NCBI GenBank assembly: GCA_965222075.1
Contig: OZ244937.1
Location: 2,496,001 to 2,560,000, forward strand
Origin: Candidatus Latescibacterota bacterium
GTDB taxonomy: Bacteria > Latescibacterota > UBA2968 > GCA-2709665
Direction of reading: 5' to 3'
DNA length: 64,000 nt
In this document: positions 35,029-44,779 of the stretch, in pieces
How positions within the stretch are numbered: position 1 is the first letter of the stretch
Layout: each line of letters starts with the position of its first letter
Notes under the pieces: model-generated
What the model saw: only the letters and a program-made list of their open reading frames with translations
Database searches by the model: none
What the model was told of the DNA's origin: nothing
Program-made: the position numbers and the translations under genes

Positions 35029-35838
35029 TCAGAATGAAAATTCGTCCTCCTCTTCTTCGACCTGCTGCTCATTCAGCCAGGCCTCGAGCGCTTCGGGTGT
35101 CTGGATGTGCACCTGGCCCCGCATCCGGAAATGGCCCAACCCGCAAAGCTGCGCGCAGGCCAGGTCGAACGTGCCCGTCCTGGTGGCCTCAAACCAGAAC
35201 CGGATTTCCGTCCCCGGGATCGCGTCCTGGGTCAGGCGCAGCACCGGGACCTTGAAACTGTGGATCACGTCCTTGGAAGAGAGGCGAATGATGACCGGTC
35301 TGTTCACAGGAATATGCAGGTTATTAATAGAATTGATGTCGTCCTTCGCATTGGGATCGTTCGGGTCCAGGCCCAGCAGGTTATCGCTTCTCACAAACTC
35401 GGGGGCGGTCCGGCCGTAGACCCCATCCTTTCCCGGATAGTGAATGTTCCACGCAAACTGTTCAGGCACCACCCGCACCACAAAAGCATCCGCATCGGAC
35501 GGAAAATCGTGCTTGAATGCCGACCAGGCAGGTATGGAAATCCCGATCAAAAGAACCGCTTCTACAATCACAATGCCGATTTCCACGTACTTGGAGGTCG
35601 TTCCTTTGACATCCTCATAGGTAGCCCTCGGGTTGGCCCCCTGCCGAAAACGGATCAAACAATAAAAAAAATAAATTCCCCAGCCCACAAACAGCGCAAT
35701 CATAAACCAGTGGATCCAGTTGATCAGGAAATCGACAACGTGTCCATGGGTCGAGACATCCATCGGAAGCCAGTATCCGTAAACCTTTTCTTTCATAATG
35801 AGCAGCCCTCCCGCATTAGAGGCACCAATACCTATCAC
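35029..35838 (-). CDS. ctaC: Cytochrome c oxidase subunit II (CuA)
   Basis: Two TM helices; DVIHSF and CAQLCGLGHFRM CuA ligands; no fused cytochrome c. Confidence 0.96.
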   Translation of the reverse strand: MIGIGASNAGGLLIMKEKVYGYWLPMDVSTHGHVVDFLINWIHWFMIALFVGWGIYFFYCLIRFRQGANPRATYEDVKGTTSKYVEIGIVIVEAVLLIGISIPAWSAFKHDFPSDADAFVVRVVPEQFAWNIHYPGKDGVYGRTAPEFVRSDNLLGLDPNDPNAKDDINSINNLHIPVNRPVIIRLSSKDVIHSFKVPVLRLTQDAIPGTEIRFWFEATRTGTFDLACAQLCGLGHFRMRGQVHIQTPEALEAWLNEQQVEEEEDEFSF

Positions 35839-36578
35839 GGCTTCTTCTTTTTCTTAGGTATCTGGAACGTGAAATCAATCGCCGCAGACTCCCCATCCTT
35901 CACCGCCACCTCCTGGGTCTGAGAACCCAGTCTCTCGTGCCAGACCTCAATGGTATAAGTCCCGGCAGGCAGATCCTTCAACGCAAACGTCCCCCCATCG
36001 CCGGTCACATTGAAGAAGGGATGGTCCATCACCCCGATGTATGCCTGCATCCAGGGATGCACATCGCACTTGACCGGGATCATTATCTCCGTCTTGTCGA
36101 AGGTCTTGGTCATCTGCTTCCTGAACTTCGGCATGGCCTGGTTGAACTCGGTATTGACCTTCGGCTTGGGATGGATATTGTGCAGTGTGCCGTCGCTGTT
36201 CAAAATCTTGATCGGCTGGCCGGCCCGGACACCGAACACATGGGGCTTGTACATACATCCGTTCTGATCCAGAACAACCGGCTCTGTCGGCACGTCAAAT
36301 TTCTTGCCCTCCAGTCCCGTCTTGACATACACAAAGACATTGTGCAACGCCCCGTCGTCGTCCACCACCACCACCTCACTGAGCGCGGGGGCCTCGGTGT
36401 GTTTGCCCGCACAAACCGGGTCGGCGGCCATCTGGAGCTTCTTGCGTCCGGGCTTTTTCCCCCCGGGCAACTCCAGTTTAACCGTGCCCGCAACCGTAGC
36501 CCCTGCCATCGCCTCGGCCGCAACAAAACAGAAGAAACAAAAAGCCAGAAACGATGAACACAACCTTCGCCGAGTCAT
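35835..36578 (-). CDS. Exported cupredoxin-like / carboxypeptidase-regulatory-like domain protein
   Basis: Signal peptide; LDQNGCMYKPH, LHNIH, KCDVHPWM. Confidence 0.75.
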   Translation of the reverse strand: MTRRRLCSSFLAFCFFCFVAAEAMAGATVAGTVKLELPGGKKPGRKKLQMAADPVCAGKHTEAPALSEVVVVDDDGALHNVFVYVKTGLEGKKFDVPTEPVVLDQNGCMYKPHVFGVRAGQPIKILNSDGTLHNIHPKPKVNTEFNQAMPKFRKQMTKTFDKTEIMIPVKCDVHPWMQAYIGVMDHPFFNVTGDGGTFALKDLPAGTYTIEVWHERLGSQTQEVAVKDGESAAIDFTFQIPKKKKKP

Positions 36579-36652
36579 TGATCCTCTCCTTATAGATAAA
36601 GTGTTCAAAATTCTCCACACACATCCGATGAATCGAAAAGTTCCAGCCGCAT

Positions 36653-39600
36653 CTACCGCCGGCTCAACCGTTTCTCCTGGTGCAGGCCGTAGATAATATA
36701 ATCGGTCAGCACCTCAATCACGTACCGGGTTGGCAGTTCGATCCCGCCGCCTTCCGGTTCAACACCTTCGGGAAGCGTTAAATACCTGGCCAGTTCCATC
36801 CCGCCCGCCTCTTCCGGAAGATACGTCATCTCGTCCCCGAAAAACGTCGGCATCTTGGTCCCCGGCTGGATCTTCTGCGGGTCCCACAGCCAGTCCCTGA
36901 TCCACTCCGGCATCAGGCGCTGCCGGGCCATCGCCAGGTCGGGCGCCCAGCTTGCCGGATCCCCCTTCGGCTTGATATCGCCCTGCTGGTGGCAGGTAAA
37001 ACAGTTGTAAACCTCTACGCTGAACAGCGCATCTGCCCCCTGCATCTCTCTTGGGGACAGGCGCTTTTCTGCAAACGTATGGTAGGGGAACTGCTGCTTG
37101 TCCAGCCGGGAGAAATAGGTGACGATGTCAATCGCGTCCTGATCTTCAAACCCGAAAGTCGGCATCCGCACCTCCAGCCAGGGCCGGATCGGAACCGGCG
37201 CCTTCAGGAAGCTGAAGAACCAGTCCGGCTGCACCTTCTTCCCCTCGCCGTTGAGCACCGGCGGCGTAAACCCGACCGCCTCCGCCTCCAGCACACCTTC
37301 CTCCGCATAGGCCTTCACCAGCACGTCTTCGATGGCCCTGCCCTCCCCCTCGATCACGTGACACCCTTTACAGTTGCGCTTGTAAACCAGCCACCGCCCC
37401 TTCTCAATCTCAATCTCCTCGGGCGTAGGCTGCTTCTTGGCGGTCGGGAAGATAAACGACTTGGAAAAGCTCAGCAGCGCCGTCGTCACCGCATGCGCGT
37501 CCTCATCGCTGAATCCGAAGAACGGCATCCGCAGCTTCTCGTCGAAGGTCTTCACCTTCCCCTCGTCGAAAACCCTTGGCTTCTTCAGCTTGGTAAAGAG
37601 CCAATCGTGGCGGGTATAAGGAATCTTTTCCGATTCATAAAGGGTATGAGTACTCTTTCCCAGCTTGAGTGCGAGGAGCCCAAAATCCAGCTTGTCCACA
37701 TCCTTGCTCCCCTCCTCCGTCAACTCCGTCCCAACCGGCGTGGTGTCCTCAAATCCGGAAATGTGATGGCAGCCAAAGCACCCCTGCCGCGCAATAATCT
37801 TCTCCCCCAGCCAGAGATCCCGCTGCAGGCCAGACATCGCATCCAGCCTTTCCCTGGCCTGGGCAACAGGCAGCCGGCCCTGCAGATAGCTCAGAACGAG
37901 CTGGTCCCGCACCGCCCTGTCTACCTCCGCCGGCCGCCGATTCTCAAAGTCCGGGTTGCGCAGCGTCAACAGATAGGCCGTAATATCGGCCGCTTCCTGG
38001 TCCGTCAGCCGCAGGTTGGGCATCAGCGTTTCGGAAAAATAGGCCTCCGGGGCCTTCAACCAGGCGAAGAGCCATCCGGCCGACAGCTTACTGCCCACAT
38101 CGTTGATATTTGGCCCAAAATTGCGCAGTCCGTACTCCTGCCCCACATCGTCGTCTTTGCCCACCACGTGGCACCCCCGGCACCCCACCTTGGCCACTAA
38201 GGCCTCGCCCCGCACGCCATCCCCTTTCACGGGCGGATCGGGGTAGATCGGCCGCTCCGACGTCTCAAACAGGTAGGTCACAATCGCGTTGATCGCGGCC
38301 GTGTTCCGCGTCCTGTCCTCCGGAGAATCCACATTGGGCAGATCGAAAATCTTGGGCATCTTGGTGGCAGGCCGGAACCCCTTGGGGTCTCTGACCCAGT
38401 TGAGCGCCCACCGCCTCTCCACCTTTCCGGCGATCTTCCGAAGGTCCGGCCCCACCTTCCGCAGGTCCTGGAACCCCGGGATCGCAATCTTGTGGCAACC
38501 AAAGCACCCCACCGTTCGGATCAGGTGCATCCCCCGGTTCAGCCGATTGGCGTGCTTAACCTCCACCCCCCCCGTATGGCACTGGGCGCACGACGCCTCC
38601 CCGTACTGGCTCGAAAACATCGGATAGTCCCAGTACTTCATCTTTTTCCACCCGTATTGTTTTTTCCACCGCTCGGCCTCGGCCGCATCGGTGGGCGTGT
38701 GCGCCGTGTTGTTAAAGGTGATCCCCCGGTCCCGGCCCAGATGGCAGGTGGTACACCCCACCTGGTCGACCGGATGGGCCGACGCGCTGCTCAGGTAGAG
38801 GTCCATCCTGGGGTGTGTTGCAAATACCTTGGTTCGCGCAGGCCGTTCTTCCTCCGGATAGACCTCCTCGATGTATTTTCTGAGGACCTCATCCCGGAAG
38901 AATCCGGTCTCCGGATCGGTCTCATACCCCTCCCGATCAATGTTCGCATGGCAGGTGGTGCACCGATCCACCTTGGGTACCTGGGTAAAATTGATATCGT
39001 TTCGCAAATCTCCCAGCACAATCTGCCGCACCTCGACCGACGGATCGATAAAATCGACCATCGGCAGATTCCGGAACACATTGGGAAAACTGGGCACCAG
39101 GTTTATCAGATTCCGCTGGAGAAGCTCGGCCTTTTGGAAAAGAGCGCTCTTCTGCTGCTCCAATGCTTTTTTGCGACCGGCCACCTCGTCTACGATCTTC
39201 TGCTGCGCCGCCTGCTTTGCCTCTACCCCCTCTCTGACCAGCCGGAACACCCCGATCATACTGTCCATACGCGCCATTACAGCCTTCTTCCTGGCGGCCT
39301 CTTTCTCGTGCCCGTGATGAGCGGCCTCTTCATACTCATACTTAATCACATCGTACCCCGCCTTTTCAAACTTCCCATCCTGATCGGCTTTGTAGAACGC
39401 CCCCCTCAGGTCTTCCAATACCTCAAGAGCCGCCTCATAGCGCTCCTTCTGCGTCTGAATAGAGGCCTCAACCTCGGCAATCTCAGCCTCGATCTTTTTT
39501 AGTTCGCCCTGGTCAATCTCCCGCTGCGCCGCCTGCAAATCCGCCTCGACCTTGTATTGTTCCATAGCCATCGCTTCCCGCTGCAGGCCCTTCCACTCCC

Positions 39601-39730
39601 GATCATAGTCGTCCCAGACCATCCAGATGGTGGAAATAACCAGCGCAACGCTGGAAAGCGCAAAGACCGTATTCAGCTTATTGACATTGTAGACAAAGTC
39701 CAGAAAGCCCTGCTGTCGCTGCTCGTTCAT
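36653..39730 (-). CDS. Membrane-anchored octaheme cytochrome c
   Basis: N-terminal TM helix and coiled coil; 8 CxxCH motifs (CTTCH twice, CAQCH, CFGCH, CRGCH, CFGCH, CKGCH, CFTCH). Confidence 0.93.
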   Translation of the reverse strand: MNEQRQQGFLDFVYNVNKLNTVFALSSVALVISTIWMVWDDYDREWKGLQREAMAMEQYKVEADLQAAQREIDQGELKKIEAEIAEVEASIQTQKERYEAALEVLEDLRGAFYKADQDGKFEKAGYDVIKYEYEEAAHHGHEKEAARKKAVMARMDSMIGVFRLVREGVEAKQAAQQKIVDEVAGRKKALEQQKSALFQKAELLQRNLINLVPSFPNVFRNLPMVDFIDPSVEVRQIVLGDLRNDINFTQVPKVDRCTTCHANIDREGYETDPETGFFRDEVLRKYIEEVYPEEERPARTKVFATHPRMDLYLSSASAHPVDQVGCTTCHLGRDRGITFNNTAHTPTDAAEAERWKKQYGWKKMKYWDYPMFSSQYGEASCAQCHTGGVEVKHANRLNRGMHLIRTVGCFGCHKIAIPGFQDLRKVGPDLRKIAGKVERRWALNWVRDPKGFRPATKMPKIFDLPNVDSPEDRTRNTAAINAIVTYLFETSERPIYPDPPVKGDGVRGEALVAKVGCRGCHVVGKDDDVGQEYGLRNFGPNINDVGSKLSAGWLFAWLKAPEAYFSETLMPNLRLTDQEAADITAYLLTLRNPDFENRRPAEVDRAVRDQLVLSYLQGRLPVAQARERLDAMSGLQRDLWLGEKIIARQGCFGCHHISGFEDTTPVGTELTEEGSKDVDKLDFGLLALKLGKSTHTLYESEKIPYTRHDWLFTKLKKPRVFDEGKVKTFDEKLRMPFFGFSDEDAHAVTTALLSFSKSFIFPTAKKQPTPEEIEIEKGRWLVYKRNCKGCHVIEGEGRAIEDVLVKAYAEEGVLEAEAVGFTPPVLNGEGKKVQPDWFFSFLKAPVPIRPWLEVRMPTFGFEDQDAIDIVTYFSRLDKQQFPYHTFAEKRLSPREMQGADALFSVEVYNCFTCHQQGDIKPKGDPASWAPDLAMARQRLMPEWIRDWLWDPQKIQPGTKMPTFFGDEMTYLPEEAGGMELARYLTLPEGVEPEGGGIELPTRYVIEVLTDYIIYGLHQEKRLSRR

Positions 39731-39754
39731 CAAGCGTCTCCAGCGTTTCTCCGG

Positions 39755-40831
39755 TTAAATATTGAAGAAATGTTCCGGGATAGCAACGATATACTTCAAA
39801 TTGAAGATCCAGCGCAGCAGCATCTTAACGGGGAGGGCGACCATGGTGAGGAAGAGAAAGACCATCACGCTGTAACGGGCGAACCCCATGTTCTTGTAGA
39901 AATCCTTGAAAAGGGTTCGAGCAAGAATCGGCGGAGGGAGCAGGTAAAAAAGGCCAACGAGCAAGAACCCCCAGATCTCGCGGGTCAACCAAAAGGTGGG
40001 CAGCCCTGTTCCCAACATCTTGACGTAGATGTACTCGGAGAGGTTGACATTGACCAGGGCTTCTAACTTGTGCACATCCCAGTATTCGTAGGGACCAAAA
40101 ATGTTCCAGTTGGGGCCCCGCAGGAAGGTTCCAATGGTAATCATACTCACCCAGAGCACAACAAACCCGAACAGGAATACCGTAATTGCAAAACGTCGTT
40201 CCTTGAACGTATAATAGCCGGCCCCCCGGGGATTCCGATCCATGTAGGGGATGGCCATCAACCCCACAATCACCAGCGTGGGCAGCACGACCCCCGCAAT
40301 CCAGGGATCGTAATAGACCAGCATCTCCTGCAAACCCAGGAAGTACCAGGGGGCCTTGGAGGGGTTGGGCGTCTTGGCGGGATTGGCCGGCTCTTCTAAG
40401 GGGGCCTTGATCAGGATCGACCAGAGGATTAAAAACACGGTCGCCAGCGTGAGGCAAATCAGCTCTGTGTAGACCAGGTGCGGCCAGGTCAGCACCTTCT
40501 CCTTGAACTCCTGTTTCTCTATCGGGGCTTCGCCATTCGCCATTCGTTCATCGTTTTCATACCCCTGCTTCAGACTGTACCACACAAAGAATCCCACCAC
40601 ATAAAGCAGCATAACAATCGGGATATTGTCTCCCTTGGTCACAATAATCCGAAAGTTCGGATCCTGAAAACTGACAACAAAAAAAACAATCGAGCCGATC
40701 AGTGCAACAAGCCCGACCTTGTTGGTCCAGACCCACCGGGTACGGAGCGCCAGGAAGAAGAGGACAGCGAATAATGGTAAAAAAATCTTAGGGGCCGTAA
40801 TCCAGTTGATCAACCCTTTCAGAGCTTCCAT
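39755..40831 (-). CDS. Cytochrome b C-terminal (subunit IV-like) protein with extra TM helices
   Basis: TWPHLV, APLEEPANPAKTPNPSKAPWYFLG (PEWY variant). Confidence 0.88.
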   Translation of the reverse strand: MEALKGLINWITAPKIFLPLFAVLFFLALRTRWVWTNKVGLVALIGSIVFFVVSFQDPNFRIIVTKGDNIPIVMLLYVVGFFVWYSLKQGYENDERMANGEAPIEKQEFKEKVLTWPHLVYTELICLTLATVFLILWSILIKAPLEEPANPAKTPNPSKAPWYFLGLQEMLVYYDPWIAGVVLPTLVIVGLMAIPYMDRNPRGAGYYTFKERRFAITVFLFGFVVLWVSMITIGTFLRGPNWNIFGPYEYWDVHKLEALVNVNLSEYIYVKMLGTGLPTFWLTREIWGFLLVGLFYLLPPPILARTLFKDFYKNMGFARYSVMVFLFLTMVALPVKMLLRWIFNLKYIVAIPEHFFNI

Positions 40832-40906
40832 AATCTCCCTCTAATCTATTGAAAATTGAATATCGAAAACGCTTCCAATATTCAATAATTCAATTCTCAA
40901 TATCCC

Positions 40907-41692
40907 CTACATCGGCCCGGAAATTCCGCCGTCTTTTCGGACCCGCCAGAAGTGAAGGCCCATCAGGGCGGCCGCTACGAACGGAATGGCCAGACAGTGC
41001 AGCACATAGAAGCGCAAAAGGGCTCCCTCGCCCACAAACCTTCCCCCCAAAAGCGCAAACCGCGCATCGTTCCCTGCGTGGACCAGGCTAATATCCCCCA
41101 ATTTCAACAACGCCGCACCCGGCCCCTCGTGGCCTAAGAAAGGGGTCGCCCGCGCCATATTCGACCCAACCGTAATCGCCCAGATGGCGAGCTGGTCCCA
41201 GGGCAGCAGATAGCCTGTAAAGCTCAGCAGCAGCGTCAGCAGCAGAAGGATAACGCCGATCGCCCAGTTGAACTCCCGGGGGGGCTTGTAAGCCCCGGTC
41301 ATAAACACCCGGAGCATGTGCAGCCACACCGTGATCACCATCGCATGGGCACCCCACCGGTGGATCTCCCGCATAATTCCCAGGGGCACCTGCTCGCCCA
41401 GATCGATCATATCGGTATAAGCATACTCTAAGGTGGGACGGTAATAAAACATCAGCAGAATGCCCGTGATCGTCTCCACAAGGAAAATAAAAAAGGTAAG
41501 CCCACCCATACACCAGGTGTAGCGCACCCGGATGCCCGACTTGGGCGTCCGGACCGGATGCAGGTGCAGGAAAACGTTGGTCAGCACCACCTGCGCGCGG
41601 CCCCGTTCCTCCCTTGGAATATCGTGGCGGAAAATCGACTTCCAGATCTGCGAACGTTTCACCTGGTCCATCAGGCCAGATCTTTTTGGCAT
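40907..41692 (-). CDS. Cytochrome b6-like N-terminal subunit
   Basis: WCMGG (heme ci-type Cys), HRWGAH...[19 protein letters not shown]...LHF. Confidence 0.93.
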   Translation of the reverse strand: MPKRSGLMDQVKRSQIWKSIFRHDIPREERGRAQVVLTNVFLHLHPVRTPKSGIRVRYTWCMGGLTFFIFLVETITGILLMFYYRPTLEYAYTDMIDLGEQVPLGIMREIHRWGAHAMVITVWLHMLRVFMTGAYKPPREFNWAIGVILLLLTLLLSFTGYLLPWDQLAIWAITVGSNMARATPFLGHEGPGAALLKLGDISLVHAGNDARFALLGGRFVGEGALLRFYVLHCLAIPFVAAALMGLHFWRVRKDGGISGPM

Positions 41693-41744
41693 AAGACACG
41701 CTCCATCAAATTCAGTGTGATTCTCTGCAAAGGAGGCTTTAAGT

Positions 41745-42521
41745 TCAGATCTTGAGAAACGATTCCGGATTCTCCCACTGCCCCTTCTCGTACTGGTACT
41801 TATACGTCTTATCCACCATCACCTGCCCGTCGTCGGCCAGCACAATACGCGCCCGTTCCAGAGGCCGGGGCGCGGGGCCTTCAAAGTTGATCCCCGTAGA
41901 ATAGAACCCGCTCCCGTGACAGGGGCACTTGAACTTCCCCTCGTTGGCCAGCCAGTTCGGCGTGCACCCCAGGTGGGTGCAGACCGAAATCAGGGCAAAC
42001 ATCCCCTCTGTATTCTTAATGATCCAGATACTGAACTTATCCTTCCACCGTTCGTCCACCCCCAGATCGTACTCATCCGGAGTTCCGATCTTGAACGACT
42101 GGGGCGGCTCAAAAAGAACGTTTGGAAACATGAACCGTCCGGTTGCCGCCAGCCCTGCTGCGGCCGCCGAGGCGAACGCCACCCACGCCAGCGTCAGCCA
42201 GGACAAAAACCCCCGCCGGGTCGTGATCCCCCCCTCCGAAACCGGAACCGTCCTGGGAGGTCCGGGCCGGATCGTTGGCGGTGCGGGTGTCCTCTGGAGG
42301 ATCACCTCTCGCTCGACGGCGCCTTCCTCCTTTTTGGCGGTAAGCGCGCGAGCCGCAGCCGCCCGGTCGGCCGTTGTCGCAGCCTTCTTGGCCTGCGCCT
42401 TCTTCGCAGGCGCAGGCCCCACCCCGCCCTTCGCCTTTCGCATGGCCTCCGCCTTGGCCTTGGCCCGAGCCACACGGTCTGGAATATCGTCAAATTCCGA
42501 AAGATCGACGTTCTCTTCCAT
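41745..42521 (-). CDS. Rieske [2Fe-2S] protein with long N-terminal extension
   Basis: CTHLGC and CPCHGS, GPAPRPL; Tat-like TRRGFL motif and TM helix after about 100 residues. Confidence 0.95.
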   Translation of the reverse strand: MEENVDLSEFDDIPDRVARAKAKAEAMRKAKGGVGPAPAKKAQAKKAATTADRAAAARALTAKKEEGAVEREVILQRTPAPPTIRPGPPRTVPVSEGGITTRRGFLSWLTLAWVAFASAAAAGLAATGRFMFPNVLFEPPQSFKIGTPDEYDLGVDERWKDKFSIWIIKNTEGMFALISVCTHLGCTPNWLANEGKFKCPCHGSGFYSTGINFEGPAPRPLERARIVLADDGQVMVDKTYKYQYEKGQWENPESFLKI

Positions 42522-42608
42522 AGATAAATCACTCCCGGAATATCAGCTGCCTGGAGGTAAAAAACACCGCCGTAGTAGAAAAATTAGCCTGATTTGAAAA
42601 CTTTGGCC

Positions 42609-42637
42609 AATATATCGAAACAAGCTCATATTGTCAA
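42609..42637 (-). promoter_or_regulatory. sigma70 promoter of the Rieske/cytochrome b/oxidase cluster
   Basis: TTGACA-17-TATATT. Confidence 0.7.
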
Positions 42638-42716
42638 GCTCGGATTTTGGACCTTTCAGGCTCCTTTTTAAAGATTGCTGGAAAGACCACGCACGACCGA
42701 CCGCAGACGGACGCCC

Positions 42717-43652
42717 TTACTCCCTCCACGCCTTCAGGACCTCGATGGCCGCCTGACGGACCTGCATATCAGGATCTACTCCCCGAAGATCCCGAAGCGT
42801 GGGCGCCATAGACCGGGCATCTAAGAGTTTCACCGCCCGGATCGCCTCTACCATAACATCCCGACGGCGCTCCCCGCTCATCTGCTTGAGCGTCTCCAGG
42901 TACTGGCGGTTCAACATCTCACTCAGAACATCCAACCCGGCGTCATTCCCGGCCCCCGCAAGCTGCAGGGCCGCATTCCAGCGAACGTCGGGCACCCGGT
43001 CCCGTAGCGCAGCCTCCAGCACGGGCCGTACACGGGAATCCTTCAACTGCCCCAGGGCGTAAACCGCCGCCTTTCGAATCCCGGCGTCGTCGCTGGAGGC
43101 CAGCGCAATCAGAGAAGGCACGGCCCGGGCGTCCCCCTGCGCGCCCAGGGAGAACGCCGCATAAATCCGGGTCTCGTCATCCGGATCGTCCAGCGCAGAG
43201 ATCAAAACAGGTACAACCGCAGGGTCCTTGACCATTTTCATCGCAAGCGCGAGATAACGCCGCACCTGGGGGTCGTCGGAACGGGAGGCCTCAAAAACCC
43301 GGATCATCTCCCCGACAAATTTTGGGCGCACCCGCCCCTGGCGCTGCTCTTCGGCCAGCACCTTGGAAAGTTCGTACGCCGCCTGCCACCGGCTGTTGAT
43401 CCCGCCGACCCGAATCGTATCGAGATAGTCCTCCGCCGTCTTGTCCTCTGCCGTCAAAAGTCCCAACAGCAGATAAATCGCCACGCCGACAATCACAATC
43501 GTCAGCGGAAAAACCACAAACTGTCCGATCAGCCGCGACCTGGGCACATCCTGCTCTTTGATCGGAGCGGTCGCTTCCTCCACGATCTGCCTGAGCTCCT
43601 CCGGTGCCGATGTCTGGCCGTCTGTAGGAGGAACTTTCTCTCCTTCAGGCAC
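42717..43652 (-). CDS. Membrane-anchored HEAT-repeat protein
   Basis: One TM helix, then HEAT repeats (VPVLISALDDPDDETRIYAAFSLG, VRWNAALQLA). Confidence 0.88.
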   Translation of the reverse strand: MPEGEKVPPTDGQTSAPEELRQIVEEATAPIKEQDVPRSRLIGQFVVFPLTIVIVGVAIYLLLGLLTAEDKTAEDYLDTIRVGGINSRWQAAYELSKVLAEEQRQGRVRPKFVGEMIRVFEASRSDDPQVRRYLALAMKMVKDPAVVPVLISALDDPDDETRIYAAFSLGAQGDARAVPSLIALASSDDAGIRKAAVYALGQLKDSRVRPVLEAALRDRVPDVRWNAALQLAGAGNDAGLDVLSEMLNRQYLETLKQMSGERRRDVMVEAIRAVKLLDARSMAPTLRDLRGVDPDMQVRQAAIEVLKAWRE

Positions 43653-43858
43653 GTAGCGACTCCCTTTGATAACCTATCCCACAAGCGGGTGTATGAATGT
43701 CAATAATGTAAACCAAATCATAAGCCCTGTCAAGAAATTGATGACACGATAATAAGAAAAAATGATTTCTTACATTAAGGGATATTCGGCGTCCACACCC
43801 TTCCGGCCGCGGGATATCAGCGGTTGTTCCCCGATACCATAAACAGGAGAGTTCTCCC

Positions 43859-43887
43859 TTGACAAGTCCGACAAAAGGCCGTATTTT
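43859..43887 (+). promoter_or_regulatory. sigma70 promoter of the ferredoxin gene
   Basis: TTGACA-17-TATTTT, upstream of an AGGAGG RBS. Confidence 0.65.
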
Positions 43888-43933
43888 ATGTCTTGGTCTA
43901 TCAATTTATTGGTTCTCTCCAGGAGGGCACAAG

Positions 43934-44671
43934 GTGGCCGAAGTCGATCTCTCCCAGTTTGACGGGATCTCAGACCGGGTTGCCCGCGCCAGGGCCAAAT
44001 CCGAGGCGATGCGCAAGGCAAAAGCGGGTGGGGGTGAAAGCGCCTCTGCTGCACCTGAAGCAGCCGTTGCGGAGGGGGCGCAGGGGGATGGAGGGGATGC
44101 CGTTGAAAAAGAGGCCCCGGGCCTCCCCATTCTCGAATTCAACCCCGGCATCCACTTCAAATGGAAAGGTCGGGCGGGCAGAACCATCGGCATCCGCTAC
44201 GACCTCGTCAGCTTTGTCTACGATGACGATCCCGACCAGGTCGTCACCGCCGACCGGTACCGGCTCAGCCATGCCCATGCGGAGGGAGACCTCGAATTTG
44301 CCCCCAAAGCCGAGGTCTATCGCCCCGACCGGGCCGGCAAGAGCGACCGGGTCGACTACCACGACTACCTGTGGCTCGACACCCGAAAGGGCATGACCGC
44401 GAAGAAAAGGCGCCCCAAGATTCTTGCCATCATCAACCCGGACTACTGTACCGGCTGCAACGCCTGCATCGAAGTCTGTCCTACCGACTGCATTGAAGAG
44501 GTCGATGTGGCCGACGCGGGTCTGGACGGTCTTGGCCACTTTTGCGAAGTCCGGCTCGAAGACTGTATCGGGTGCAAACAGTGCGTGCCGATGTGTCCCT
44601 GGGAGGCCATCGACATGTTCGACACCCAGCAGGTTGAAGAGGCCTACGGCATTCCGGTGGGAACCCTATAG
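43934..44671 (+). CDS. 2x[4Fe-4S] dicluster protein whose N-terminal module is shared with the Rieske protein
   Basis: GTG start after AGGAGG; CTGCNACIEVCP and CIGCKQCVPMCP; no signal peptide. Confidence 0.9.
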   Translation: MAEVDLSQFDGISDRVARARAKSEAMRKAKAGGGESASAAPEAAVAEGAQGDGGDAVEKEAPGLPILEFNPGIHFKWKGRAGRTIGIRYDLVSFVYDDDPDQVVTADRYRLSHAHAEGDLEFAPKAEVYRPDRAGKSDRVDYHDYLWLDTRKGMTAKKRRPKILAIINPDYCTGCNACIEVCPTDCIEEVDVADAGLDGLGHFCEVRLEDCIGCKQCVPMCPWEAIDMFDTQQVEEAYGIPVGTL

Positions 44672-44779
44672 TCTCACGCCCCAGGCCCTATGGTGAAGCG
44701 GAGGTCGACACCCGTCGGCTTCCGCTTTTCTGTAAGAAGCTGGCCCCCTTCACATTCGGTCAAAATAACGATTCGCGGC

